Shown piece by piece: positions 46,220-55,901 of a DNA stretch of 64,000 nucleotides. This stretch comes from Caldilineaceae bacterium. GTDB taxonomy: Bacteria; Chloroflexota; Anaerolineae; Caldilineales; Caldilineaceae. The stretch covers positions 2,522 to 66,521 of the forward strand of contig JAJDZJ010000033.1 in assembly GCA_022824685.1 (NCBI GenBank). The letters are read 5' to 3'. Position numbers and translations under genes: made by a program. Within the stretch, counting starts at the first letter, position 1, and every line of letters starts with the position of its first letter. The notes under the pieces were generated by a model. That model was given only the letters and a program-made list of their open reading frames with translations, was not told where the DNA came from and searched no databases.

Positions 46220-46852
46220 CTATTCGTTCAAAAGGCTGGCAAGCAGCAGCTTTGCCTGGGCCGCAGCCCTTCCTCGATGGCTGATCCTGTTTTTGACCGA
46301 AGTAGGCAGCTCTGCAAGCGTTCGTCCGAGTTCGGGCACGAAGAAAACGGGATCATAGCCAAAGCCGCGTGATCCTCGCGGTATTCCAGTGATCAGACCC
46401 TCCAAAGTCCCAGTGCGTGTTTCGGTATCGGCCTGCCGCCGGGCAACGGCAACAACGCACTGGAAACGTGCGATCCAGGGCCGTGGGTGCGGCTGGAGTT
46501 CTGCAAGCAGTTTTTCGTTTCTGTCCCGGTCGGATGCTTCTGGGCCGGCATAGCGGGCGGAATGTACGCCAGGCGCGCCGTGCAACGCATCCACCTCCAG
46601 GCCGCTGTCGTCGGCCCAGGTCCAGAGGCCGGTCAGGTCAGCGTAGTGCCTGGCTTTGAGTACGGCATTGGCTGCGAAGGTGTCTTCTGTTTCTGCGACC
46701 TCTTCCTGGACGCCGACTTCGGCAAGATAGGTGAGTGTCAGCGGCAGGTCGCGCAGGAGTCTCCTGTACTCTTGCAACTTGCCCTGATTATGGGTCGCGA
46801 CCAACAGTTCACGGTCTTTCAAGATTGCCTCCTCAGGGAGCGGGCGTCCCAT
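46220..46852 (-). CDS. rdgB: RdgB/HAM1 non-canonical purine NTP pyrophosphatase
   Basis: LLVATHNQGKLQEY, DDSGLEVDAL.GAPGV.SARY, FGYDPVF and SHRG. Confidence 0.9.
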   Translation of the reverse strand: MGRPLPEEAILKDRELLVATHNQGKLQEYRRLLRDLPLTLTYLAEVGVQEEVAETEDTFAANAVLKARHYADLTGLWTWADDSGLEVDALHGAPGVHSARYAGPEASDRDRNEKLLAELQPHPRPWIARFQCVVAVARRQADTETRTGTLEGLITGIPRGSRGFGYDPVFFVPELGRTLAELPTSVKNRISHRGRAAAQAKLLLASLLNE

Positions 46853-47105
46853 GCCGGGTCGGCTGCACAGCTTGTTGACCTGCCCCCGATGTTTGTACCA
46901 CCTGTTGTGTTAGTCCGACAAGCACGGGGACAGGGTCGGCAGGCATGGGGTGAGTGCGGGGGTGGCCACGCTTGAGCTTGGAGGTGTATCCTTGGGGAAA
47001 CGAACAGAAAGGTACCACAGGTCGAATTGAAGGAATTAGGCCCTTAACTGATAATCGCCTAACCTGAATTCGGAGTCAAATGGTGGCTGGCAGTAGAGCC
47101 ATAAC

Positions 47106-47333
47106 TTATGCAGAGAGATGTAGCGATGGCTTTTGGGGTTGGCAAGTATAAGCAATCAGACCGGCGATGAGATTGACGAGGAAGTTGGTCGGGCTGCGGT
47201 GACGGGTGTGTTCAATCCGGGAGATAGTCTTGAGTAGGTCAACGATGGTCTTAATGCTGGAACGATTTCGCGTCAGCAGCTTCTCTTCAGAACAAGGAGC
47301 AGATCGGACCAAGGTCTGATCCAACCTGAATGT
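47106..47333 (-). mobile_element. 3' remnant of a DDE transposase gene (IS4/IS5-superfamily type), no intact IS
   Basis: The C-terminal 75 aa of ORF 47106-47453 read [56 protein letters not shown]. This matches the conserved ...IEHSRHRS..NF.VNL.AGL.AY...KPSL transposase C-terminus as I recall it. The upstream part is unrelated. Confidence 0.55.
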
Positions 47334-47403
47334 TCCCGTTAGAGTGAGTCTGTTTGGGCTGGCGGCGCAAAGAGGGGTGGCGCACGACAGTGATACCTGC
47401 GCC

Positions 47404-47950
47404 TCAGGGCAAGCGTTCAAGCAATGTTTGCAGGAACGGCAGCAGGACGCCAAGCATTACAATTCCGAGGGCCCATTTCATCCACCGGAGATCGTTCCTC
47501 ATTACGGCGTTATCACTTTTCAGTTCGGTTCTGACTGCGTATATCTCAGTCTGCAGATCGGACTTGAGAGTATGCATCTCCTCCCGCAGGTCAGACTTGG
47601 CCGCTTGTATCTCATTTTGCAGCTCGGTCTTGAATGTCTGCGCCTCGGACCGGACGGACTGTATCTCACTCTGCAGCTCGGTCTTGAATGTCTGCACCTC
47701 CGACCTGACAGATTGTATCTCTTCCTGCAACTCGGTTTTGACCGACTGCACATCCGCCTTGACGTCATGCAACTCCGTTTTGACTGACTGCACGTCCGTT
47801 TTGACCATCTGTACGTCCGCTTTGACCGTTTGCACCTCCGCTTTGACGTCATGCACTTCGGTCTTAATATTCTACATCGGCCTTAGTCGCCAAATGCTCG
47901 TAGGCGCCCTCGATACGGGCGATCCGTTCACTCTCGGTTGCCATTGTCAT
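47404..47950 (-). pseudogene. DUF1640-like coiled-coil protein with a C-terminal membrane anchor; the 5' part is in a different frame
   Basis: The distal ORF (GTG at 47856 to the stop at 47404) contains VKADVQSVKTELQ-type repeats and ends [20 protein letters not shown]. Upstream, ATG 47950/47944 gives MTMATESERIARIEGAYEHLATKADVEY-stop, which joins the distal frame only after a 1-nt shift near 47866-47874. Confidence 0.6.
47563..47778 (-). repeat. Coding 54-nt (18-aa) tandem repeats
   Basis: Units 47617-47670 and 47671-47724 are near-identical (ctgcagctcggtcttgaatgtctgc...). The flanking units have diverged. Confidence 0.8.
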
Positions 47951-48167
47951 TGCCGTCTCAATTCAGCTACGTGTTTCGAGTTCGGGGGCATTGCGGCCCG
48001 GGCATCGTGAAAGGTGTCCCGTGCCGAGGTTCCGCCGGCGCCCAATTTGGGGGCCCAGCGTGTACCCGTGTTCACCAACTTAAAGAAGCATACCATACAC
48101 ACGTAGCGTTGGAAAGGCCCGATTCAGGGAGGGAAGGTACGCACACTTCCCCATATTGTCCTCCAGA

Positions 48168-48680
48168 TCAGGATGACCGCCCATTCGAAACCTGAATTGG
48201 TCCAAAATATAGGGAAGACGCAACGCAGCACAACCAGCGCCGGCTCTCGGCCAGGCCTCCTACTCCATCCGCCAGCAGGTCGATATCCTCCTTCAACATA
48301 AAGAATGGGACACTGGCGCGCAGGCCATTACGGGCGATGGTCAGCGGGCGCGCGATGATGGGCTTCGGCCGGCGCGGGCGCCGGCCGCTGGTCAGCTCCT
48401 CGCCATCCCAGTTGGCAACGGAAAAGGCGGCGAGCGCGGCGGAACTTTCGCCTCCAAGGGGGGTCAGGATCGTATCGCCCAGTATGGCGCCCTGAGCCTG
48501 TTTGAGGCGATGGGTGAGGCGCGCGGCGCGTTCATGGATACGAATTGCCTGGGAGGATAGCAGAGGGCGCTTCTCTTGCCATTTCAGTGGTGTGAGGCTA
48601 TGATAGGGGAGGCTGGCAGCTGTTGTTTCGAGCAATCCCCAAGCGCCCCCAGACAGGAGAGAGTGACCTTGTCGTACCAC
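48168..48680 (-). other. Unassigned ORF, possibly a gene fragment
   Basis: 170-aa ORF. The middle section has coding-like GC3 (…GRRPRRPKPIIARPLTIARNGLRASVPFFMLKEDIDLLADGV). It overlaps the prs 5' region and I recognise no family. Confidence 0.2.
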
Positions 48681-49619
48681 CCGTTACGCATTTTCAGTGG
48701 TTCCGCTCATAAGGAGTTGGCGCTGGAGATAGCCCAAACGCTTGGGGTGGAACTCGGTCAGTCCACCACTCGCCGTCTCCCGGACAGTGAGATCCACGTC
48801 ATGATCGATGAGGTGGTTCGGGATCAGGACATTTTTCTGGTGCAGTCCTGTTGCCAGCCGGTGAACGATCATGTGATGGAGTTGATGCTGTACCTCGATG
48901 CGTTCAGACGGGCCAGCGCCCATAGCGTCAGTGTGGTGGTCCCCTATTTTCCGTATGCGCGTCAGGAGCGGATGGCGCACGGCCGCGAGGCGGTCAGCGC
49001 CCGGGTGATCGCGAATATGCTGGAGATGATGGGTGCGCACCGTGTCATCTTTGTGGATATACATGCGCGGGCCATACAGGGATTCTTCAATATACCTGTT
49101 GATCCGCTTTCGGCGCTGCCGATTCTGGCGGACTATTTTCGTCAGGAAGAGTGGGAAAACGCGGCCATCGTGAGTCCGGATGTGGGTCGAGCGAGCCTGG
49201 CGGGCCGCTATGCGCAGCTGTTGAATTTGCCGCTGGTGGTCATGCACAAGAGGAGGACGAGCGTCAGCGTAACGGAGACGACCCATGTGGTTGGTGAAAT
49301 CGCCGGAATCCGCCCCATCATCATTGACGATATTATGGCCGGTGGGAGCGTTCTCAAGCAGATCGACGCTCTGTACGAAGCGGGGGCAGAAGGGACTGCC
49401 GCGTTCGCGGTGACGCACCCGGTACTGCTGCCCTCTGCGCTGGCGCATCTTGAGTCCGATGAGCGCATCGCCAAGTTGGTCGTGTCCAATACGCTTCCCG
49501 TGCCCCCGGAAAAGCGGTCTGAAAAAGTGGAGGTGTTGTCGATTGCGCCGATGCTGGCGGACATAATCAATCGAATCCATCAGGGCCGCAGCATTTCAAA
49601 GAAGTTGATATTGATGTAA
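48669..49619 (+). CDS. prs: Ribose-phosphate pyrophosphokinase
   Basis: [38 protein letters not shown] and [11 protein letters not shown]. The start is uncertain (TTG 48669, GTG 48663 or ATG 48600). Confidence 0.9.
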   Translation: MSYHPLRIFSGSAHKELALEIAQTLGVELGQSTTRRLPDSEIHVMIDEVVRDQDIFLVQSCCQPVNDHVMELMLYLDAFRRASAHSVSVVVPYFPYARQERMAHGREAVSARVIANMLEMMGAHRVIFVDIHARAIQGFFNIPVDPLSALPILADYFRQEEWENAAIVSPDVGRASLAGRYAQLLNLPLVVMHKRRTSVSVTETTHVVGEIAGIRPIIIDDIMAGGSVLKQIDALYEAGAEGTAAFAVTHPVLLPSALAHLESDERIAKLVVSNTLPVPPEKRSEKVEVLSIAPMLADIINRIHQGRSISKKLILM

Positions 49620-49819
49620 GAAGACCGCGCAAGGGTTGGCGAGAATCCCGGCTTGATTGAAGTTTGTCCCGGTTTCCGTGTTGAATCTTGGCCGGCCGAA
49701 CAGAGTCGTGACGGGATGAAGTGAAAATATAGTCGATCGGCTTGGCTGAAAGGCCGCAACAGAGGGTACCGTTCGCTCAGTGCGTACGTTGGGCGTATCG
49801 GATACCTGGAGAATTACAT

Positions 49820-51010
49820 ATGGAGACACTTCAACGGTCCTGGATCGACAGGTCTGGCGAGGACGAGGACGCATTTCGCGACGACGAAGCGAATCTCGAT
49901 CTGGAAATCATCGAAGATGAGGATATTTTCGTCGCGTCATATTCGCAGCTGATGTGGTGGCGATTCCGGAAGCATCGGATGGCGGTTCTTTCGGGATTTC
50001 TGGTCGTCATACTGTATGGGATAGCTGCCTTCGCCGAATTTGTAGCGCCGTATGATCCGGAGCAGTCCTTTGTGCAGTACAAGTTTGTGCCGCCAATGAA
50101 TATCCGAATCATTGATGCGGAAGGGAATCTACGGCGTCCGTTTGTTTACAAAATCATTCGAGAGCGGGATCCGGAGACGTTGCGCAACATCTACATTGAG
50201 GACGAATCGACGGTCTATCCGATTCGATTCTTTGTGAAGGGGACTGAGTACGAGTTGTGGGGGCAGTTTGCCTCCTCGTGGCACCTTTACGGGCTGGATG
50301 TGCCGCATGAGGAGCAGGGCGTCTTTCTGTTAGGGGCGGACCGTCTGGGACGCGATCTCTTTTCGCGGTTGTGTTACGGTGCCCGCATCTCGCTGACGAT
50401 TGGATTGGTGAGTGTTGTCCTCAGTCTGGTCATCGGCATTTTGCTTGGCGGCATCTCGGGCTTCTACGGGGGCGCCCTAGACAATGCCATACAGCGTCTG
50501 ATCGAGTTCATCCGTTCAATCCCGGAGATTCCGCTGATCATGGCGCTGGCTGCGGCACTCCCCGCCGACTGGCCGGTGGTCCGGCTCTATTTCGGGGTTA
50601 CGATTCTGCTATCGTTCGTAGGGTGGACGGGCTTGGCCCGGGTTGTGCGCGGGCGCTTTTTGAGCATGAGGGAAGAGGATTTCGTAATGGCGGCCCGGTT
50701 CAGCGGCTCGAGTGAAATGCGGATCATTTTGCGTCACATGGTCCCGTCGTTCCTGAGCCATATTATCGCTTCCTTGACATTGGCGATTCCGGGCATTATT
50801 CTGTCGGAAACGGGACTCAGCTTCATTGGTCTGGGACTGCGAGCGCCGGCAATCAGTTGGGGTGTCTTGTTGCAGGAGGCCCAGAATGTACGTTCCGTGG
50901 CGCTTGCGCCGTGGGTGTTGACCCCTGGTCTGGCGGTGGTATTGGCAGTACTGGCCTTCAATTTTCTGGGCGACGGCATCCGCGACGCCGCCGATCCATA
51001 TGCCAGGTAG
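49820..51010 (+). CDS. Opp/Dpp-type ABC permease (OppC-like) with a long periplasmic loop
   Basis: Clear paralogue of 57516-58697, aligning colinearly over nearly its whole length. C-terminal FNFLGDGIRDAADPY. Confidence 0.85.
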   Translation: METLQRSWIDRSGEDEDAFRDDEANLDLEIIEDEDIFVASYSQLMWWRFRKHRMAVLSGFLVVILYGIAAFAEFVAPYDPEQSFVQYKFVPPMNIRIIDAEGNLRRPFVYKIIRERDPETLRNIYIEDESTVYPIRFFVKGTEYELWGQFASSWHLYGLDVPHEEQGVFLLGADRLGRDLFSRLCYGARISLTIGLVSVVLSLVIGILLGGISGFYGGALDNAIQRLIEFIRSIPEIPLIMALAAALPADWPVVRLYFGVTILLSFVGWTGLARVVRGRFLSMREEDFVMAARFSGSSEMRIILRHMVPSFLSHIIASLTLAIPGIILSETGLSFIGLGLRAPAISWGVLLQEAQNVRSVALAPWVLTPGLAVVLAVLAFNFLGDGIRDAADPYAR

Positions 51011-51126
51011 TCGGAAGGAAAGAGCTCGCTTTTGGAGAAGCGGACCGGTCGCGGCGCACAAATCGGCGCCGGGGAAATGGAAACAGAGCGACGACTGCAT
51101 ATACATGACGGGAACGGAAATCACTC

Positions 51127-52209
51127 ATGACAATTTCATCTTCGCAAATTGACAACGTGACTGAAGCTGGCGCGGCGGCCGATTCTCGGGAGATGCTGCT
51201 GGAAGTCCGGGGGTTGAAGACGCATTTCTTCCTGGCGCAGGGGATTGTTCGGGCCTTGGAGGGCGTTGACTTCACCGTCCGGCGCGGCCAGACTGTCGGC
51301 CTGGTTGGCGAAAGCGGCTGCGGAAAGTCGATTACGGCTCGCTCAATCATGGCGATCGTGCCATCTCCGGGACGGGTTGTAGAGGGCGAGGTTCTGTTCC
51401 ACCTGCAGAGGGAGGAGAACGGAAGCGTAACCGATCAGGTCGTCGATATGACCAAGATTGACGCCATGGGCACGCAGGCCCGTTCTATTCGCGGCGGCGA
51501 AATCTCGATGGTCTTTCAGGAGCCGATGACGTCGCTGAGCCCGGTGCATACAATTGGGAATCAGATTATTGAGGCGATTTTGCTGCACCAGGAGGTAGAC
51601 AAGGAGGAGGCCCGCGCCCAGGCAATTGACGTCCTCAACAAGGTGGGCATGCCCCAGCCGGAACGCACAATTGACCGTTATCCCCATCAGTTGAGCGGCG
51701 GGATGCGTCAGCGCGCGATGATTGCAATGGCCCTTTCCTGCCAGCCCAGTTTGCTGATTGCCGATGAGCCGACAACTGCGCTGGACGTCACGACACAGGC
51801 GCAGATTTTGACGCTCATGCGTGATCTGCAGGATGAATTGGGGATGGCGATTATATTCATCACGCATGATCTGGGTGTGATTGCCCAGATGGTCGACTAT
51901 GTGGTGGTCATGTATCTTGGGGAAGTCGTGGAGATGGCCGACGTCGATACCATCTTCTATGATCCCAAGCATCCCTACACGCAGGCGCTGCTGCGGTCCA
52001 TTCCTCTATTGGGCCGCAAGTCATCCCAGGGCATTACCAGCCAGTTGACCGCGATTCGCGGCTCGGTGCCGGACCCATACTCGATCCCTGAAGGGTGTCC
52101 CTTCCACCCGCGTTGCCGCAAAGCGATCGCCGGTGTGTGCGACACCCGCAACCCTCCCCTTCTGGAATTGGAAGGCGGCCATATGGTCCGCTGTGTTTTG
52201 TACGAGTAG
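51127..52209 (+). CDS. Opp/Dpp-type ABC ATP-binding protein (OppD-like)
   Basis: Walker A GESGCGKS, signature LSGGMRQR, Walker [13 protein letters not shown], and a C-terminal CPFHPRC cysteine motif. Confidence 0.9.
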   Translation: MTISSSQIDNVTEAGAAADSREMLLEVRGLKTHFFLAQGIVRALEGVDFTVRRGQTVGLVGESGCGKSITARSIMAIVPSPGRVVEGEVLFHLQREENGSVTDQVVDMTKIDAMGTQARSIRGGEISMVFQEPMTSLSPVHTIGNQIIEAILLHQEVDKEEARAQAIDVLNKVGMPQPERTIDRYPHQLSGGMRQRAMIAMALSCQPSLLIADEPTTALDVTTQAQILTLMRDLQDELGMAIIFITHDLGVIAQMVDYVVVMYLGEVVEMADVDTIFYDPKHPYTQALLRSIPLLGRKSSQGITSQLTAIRGSVPDPYSIPEGCPFHPRCRKAIAGVCDTRNPPLLELEGGHMVRCVLYE

Positions 52210-52245
52210 CGGGCCAGATCTGCATCTTCGCCGGATTCTTCATTC

Positions 52246-52270
52246 GAGGCCGCGTGTCGCGGCCTCTTTT
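52246..52270 (+). terminator. Rho-independent terminator
   Basis: gaggccgcg-tgt-cgcggcctc followed by tttt. Confidence 0.7.
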
Positions 52271-52322
52271 GCAATACGCCAGAACTTTCACCAAGAGATT
52301 TGTCAATCGGAGTTAACTGTAA

Positions 52323-55040
52323 ATGAGCACAAAGACGGACGCTCAGCCGGCCGGTGGCTCGGAAGAGTCGGGGGCTGACGGTCAAATGGCTTTGTCGCCG
52401 GTCTGGCAGGAGTCCGCCCTGCGGGCCGGCTTTGTACAAGACTGGCTGGTGGCGGGCCCGGTGGCAACGCCGCTAACGGACATGGACGGCTACCCAGGCC
52501 CGAACTTCAAACAGCAGGTCGCGGCTGAATTCAGAGCTGCCTCGGGGGCAAACATAGAGGGGAAGGGGCTCTCAATCCCAGCATCTTTGGACGTTTTCGC
52601 GAGCGCCCTGGAGCGCAGCGCGTTCATGCCCGACCGCAAAGAGAGTACATGGCGCGTCGTTCGCTGCCTGGACGACCACTTCGTAGACCTGTCCACATTC
52701 CGCCATACGCCCCACTATCTCCAGTCATGGGCCTACTGCGCGCTGGACGTTGCCAGCGCACGTGAAATGACCTTTTCGGTGACGACCAACGGCCCGGCGG
52801 ACATCTGGGTCAACGGAGAGCACTGTCATCGGGTGGAGCATTTCCATCACCAGTTGCCTGAAACTGTTTCTTTCCCGGCCAGGTTGAGGGAGGGGCGTAA
52901 CGAGATTGGCATCTGTTTTGAGGCCGTTGCCATGCGGGAGTGTCCTTATGTAATGGCAATGCAGTTGGTAGAGCCTCGAGACGCCGGTGCCGCGCCCTCA
53001 AATGGGGAAGGGAACAGCCTGGATGACATTAAGGTGCTTCTGCCGACATCGGTGCGGCCGGAGAGCCGGAGGAAGACGTTGGAATCGCTCTTCGCCCAAG
53101 CCTACCTGGACCGGGATGTATACAGCCGCCATGCGAAGGTGACTGTGCGCTGGCCGGAGGATCAACCGGTAACCGATGATTTCGCCTTGCGGCTGACGCG
53201 AGAAGGAGGGCGCATCTACAGTGAACACCACACAAAGGGCGAACCGCGTGACGAGGTGATCCTGGGGACGGCCTTCCAGTTTCCGCAGGATGACTATCAA
53301 ATCATGCTCTTTCCCAATCCAGAGCACTACTATGTCAACGACCTGCGCGTTGAGCGGCGGCTGGATGTTCACATCGTCGGCAACAACGAGTATTCGACCG
53401 AACGCTACGGCACGTATCAGGCCCGGCGGCGGGAGGCCCTGCTCAATGCGGCGCGACGCGGGGCCGAGGGCAGCGTCTTTTCCGAAATTGCGGCGATGGA
53501 ACTGGGGATGTGGGGCAACCTCAACGAGAAGGTCATTCTGGACTGTATCGAAACGATCAACGAGCGGGCCGATTGCAGCGACTTCGATCTGGTCGGTCTT
53601 CTGGGCATGGCGGGGCGCTATATTGAGGAGCCCGACTTCCCGCAGTCGCTGGTCGAGCCGCTGCAGAACTGTTTTCTCAACTTCCGCTATTGGATGGACC
53701 AGCCGGGCGCGGATGCGATGTGCTTCTGGTCAGAGAACCATCAGATACTTTTTCACACTTGCGAAGTTCTGGCTGGTCAGCTTTTACCGGACGATCTGTT
53801 CGCGAACGCGGGCCTGACTGGAAGGCAGCATCGCGAGAAGGGCGAGGAGCGGGCGCTTTCGTGGCTGCGCAAGCGGGCCGCTGGGGGGTTCCGGGAATGG
53901 GATTCCAACACCTATTTTGAGGAGGACGTGCTGGCGCTCAGCCATCTGGTCGATCTGGCCGAGAACGACGACGTGCGCGAACTGGCGGCGGTTGTATTGG
54001 ACAAGATGTTCTTCGGGCTGGCGGTCAACTCCTTCAAGGGGGTGTTCGGCTCCAGCCATGGGCGTACGTATTCGCCCTACATCAAGGATGCCTTCCGGGA
54101 GCCAACGTCGGGCATCGCTCGGCTGTTGTGGGGCAAGGGGATCTTCAACCGGAGTATCCGGGGGACGGTCAGCCTGGCCTGCGCCATCAACTACCAGTTG
54201 CCGCCGGTAATCGAGGCGATAGCGATTGACCCGGCTGACGAAATCTGGAGCCGGGAACGTCATGCCGGCCAGCTGGAGGCGTGGTGTGACCGGGAAGAGG
54301 GCGAATGGGAGGTAAACAAGGTCACCTATAAGACGCCGGACTACATGCTGTGTTCGGCGCAGGATTTCCGGCCCGGTGAATCCGGTTACCAGCAGCATAT
54401 CTGGCAGGCGACTCTCTCGCCGGAAGCTGTCGTATTCGTCACCCATCCACCATGCATCAGCGAAGGCGGCTCACACCGCCCGAACTTCTGGCATGGGAAC
54501 GTCGTGCTGCCCAGGGTCGCCCAGTGGAGGGATCTTCTGGTGGCAGTTCACCGGTTGCCGGAGGATGACTGGCTGGGCTTTACCCACGCCTATTTCCCGA
54601 TCTATGCATTTGACGAGCACGAAATCCGGGACGGTTGGGCGTGTGCCCGCGTCGGCGAAGGGTATCTGGCGATTACGGCGTCGGCGGGGATGACGCTCAC
54701 GCAGGAGGGCAAGAGCGCGTTTCGAGAGTTGCGCTCGCACGGGCAGAACAACATCTGGGTGGCGCAGATGGGGCGGGCCGATCTGGACGGGAGTTTTGCC
54801 GAATTTGTAGAGAAGGTGACGGCGCTGGACGTCACCTTCGGGGAGGACAGCGTACATCTGAACAGCCTGCGGGGCGAAAGCGTCGACTTTGGCTGGCAGG
54901 GACCGTTGCTCGTAAACGAAGAGGAGCAGCCGATCAGCGGCTTCCTCCACTTCGACAGTCCCTACTCCAGCACAGAACTGGGCTCGGAGAAGATGAGCAT
55001 TCAGTTCATGGACCTGCTGATGCAGCTTGATTTTTCCTAG
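52323..55040 (+). CDS. Orphan 905-aa protein; a beta-sandwich N-terminal region plus a helical, toroid-like middle suggest a glycan-active enzyme (family not recognised)
   Basis: Uninterrupted ORF with normal codon bias. The segment WVNGEHCH...GRNEIGICFE resembles carbohydrate-enzyme jelly rolls. FWSENHQILFHTCEVLAGQ...EWDSNTYFEEDV looks helical. Confidence 0.4.
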   Translation: MSTKTDAQPAGGSEESGADGQMALSPVWQESALRAGFVQDWLVAGPVATPLTDMDGYPGPNFKQQVAAEFRAASGANIEGKGLSIPASLDVFASALERSAFMPDRKESTWRVVRCLDDHFVDLSTFRHTPHYLQSWAYCALDVASAREMTFSVTTNGPADIWVNGEHCHRVEHFHHQLPETVSFPARLREGRNEIGICFEAVAMRECPYVMAMQLVEPRDAGAAPSNGEGNSLDDIKVLLPTSVRPESRRKTLESLFAQAYLDRDVYSRHAKVTVRWPEDQPVTDDFALRLTREGGRIYSEHHTKGEPRDEVILGTAFQFPQDDYQIMLFPNPEHYYVNDLRVERRLDVHIVGNNEYSTERYGTYQARRREALLNAARRGAEGSVFSEIAAMELGMWGNLNEKVILDCIETINERADCSDFDLVGLLGMAGRYIEEPDFPQSLVEPLQNCFLNFRYWMDQPGADAMCFWSENHQILFHTCEVLAGQLLPDDLFANAGLTGRQHREKGEERALSWLRKRAAGGFREWDSNTYFEEDVLALSHLVDLAENDDVRELAAVVLDKMFFGLAVNSFKGVFGSSHGRTYSPYIKDAFREPTSGIARLLWGKGIFNRSIRGTVSLACAINYQLPPVIEAIAIDPADEIWSRERHAGQLEAWCDREEGEWEVNKVTYKTPDYMLCSAQDFRPGESGYQQHIWQATLSPEAVVFVTHPPCISEGGSHRPNFWHGNVVLPRVAQWRDLLVAVHRLPEDDWLGFTHAYFPIYAFDEHEIRDGWACARVGEGYLAITASAGMTLTQEGKSAFRELRSHGQNNIWVAQMGRADLDGSFAEFVEKVTALDVTFGEDSVHLNSLRGESVDFGWQGPLLVNEEEQPISGFLHFDSPYSSTELGSEKMSIQFMDLLMQLDFS

Positions 55041-55047
55041 AACGAAG

Positions 55048-55086
55048 AAGGCGCAATGGGATGCCCCATTGCGCCTTTCATTTTGC
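55048..55086. terminator. Strong bidirectional Rho-independent terminator
   Basis: Perfect 13-bp stem aaggcgcaatggg (55048-55060) with cccattgcgcctt (55065-55077) and loop atgc, followed by tcattttgc. Confidence 0.8.
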
Positions 55087-55145
55087 CTACGCGAAGTCTA
55101 GGGGGCCGATACCCGCGCCCTGACAGATTGCTCGTCCATCTTGCG

Positions 55146-55460
55146 TTAAGATGGGAGCAGCAGTTTCAGGTCCTGACTCAGTTCATCAAGTGTGTAACTT
55201 GGCGGAGCGCCGCGCCGGCGCACTTCATCCATGATGTCGTAAACCGACATGCCTGCCAGCTCCGCGGCGCGCGCTTTTGTGATTTCGCCGCGTTGGCAGG
55301 CAGCGATTGCGTCGTCCTTCTTCCACCGCTGGATTGCCTCAGTCAGCATTTTCCTCGCAAGCACGGTCCGATCTATCTGTTCCTTTCTGGCGATTTCGTC
55401 CAGCCCCTGGATGATCGTTTCCGGGACGCGCAAGTTCAATTGGCGGTACTCTTCGTTCAT
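55146..55460 (-). CDS. RHH (CopG-like) plus UPF0175 antitoxin-like protein, with no partner toxin
   Basis: N-terminal QLNLRVPETIIQGLDEIARKEQIDRTVLARKML (ribbon-helix-helix). C-terminal CQRGEITKARAAELAGMSVYDIMDEVRRRG (UPF0175 pattern). Confidence 0.65.
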   Translation of the reverse strand: MNEEYRQLNLRVPETIIQGLDEIARKEQIDRTVLARKMLTEAIQRWKKDDAIAACQRGEITKARAAELAGMSVYDIMDEVRRRGAPPSYTLDELSQDLKLLLPS

Positions 55461-55512
55461 AATGTCTGGCTTCCGTTTCGGCTTGCGCCTTGGGGGATCA
55501 CGAGCGACGACA

Positions 55513-55830
55513 TCATTTGTCGTCTTCTTCGGGGCGGATGATGACCATGTAGCGCATGGGAGCCTGGCTGGTGTTGATCAGCCCATGCAGTTTGCGCGGG
55601 TCGAAAACGACCGCTTCGTTGGCGCGCAGTGGATGGCTCTCCCCGTCGATCTCCAGCGTCCCCTCTCCTTCAATCATATAGAAGGCTTCAAAACCTTCGT
55701 GTTTGTGAGGGGGATGGGAGCGCTGGCCGGCTTCGACTTCCGAGATGTGGACCCGCAGCGGCTCGCCTTCCACGTCGGCGTCGAGAAGGTAGCGGGAAAT
55801 CCCCTTTTTTTCCATATCCAAGAACTTCAC
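55513..55830 (-). CDS. Cupin-domain protein
   Basis: HPPHKHEGFEAFYMIEGEG...H cupin motifs, 105 aa. Confidence 0.75.
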   Translation of the reverse strand: MKFLDMEKKGISRYLLDADVEGEPLRVHISEVEAGQRSHPPHKHEGFEAFYMIEGEGTLEIDGESHPLRANEAVVFDPRKLHGLINTSQAPMRYMVIIRPEEDDK

Positions 55831-55901
55831 AGTTCACTTCCTTTCCGCGAAGCCGGTTACATACCGCGGCCGCTTGTTGGTACCATTGCGACAGGCTGTG
55901 T

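Noticed and set aside
47563-47778. Regularly spaced repeats that could be mistaken for a CRISPR array
   Set aside because: The repeats are contiguous with no unique spacers, degenerate progressively, and are in frame within a protein. No cas genes are present. No CRISPR array exists in the window.
47344-48010. Plus-strand ORFs 47344-47787 and 47354-48010 with striking internal repeats
   Set aside because: They mirror the 54-nt coding repeats of the minus-strand DUF1640-like gene, which has a recognisable coiled-coil plus TM-anchor architecture. The plus-strand products are Cys/Ser/Leu-rich nonsense.
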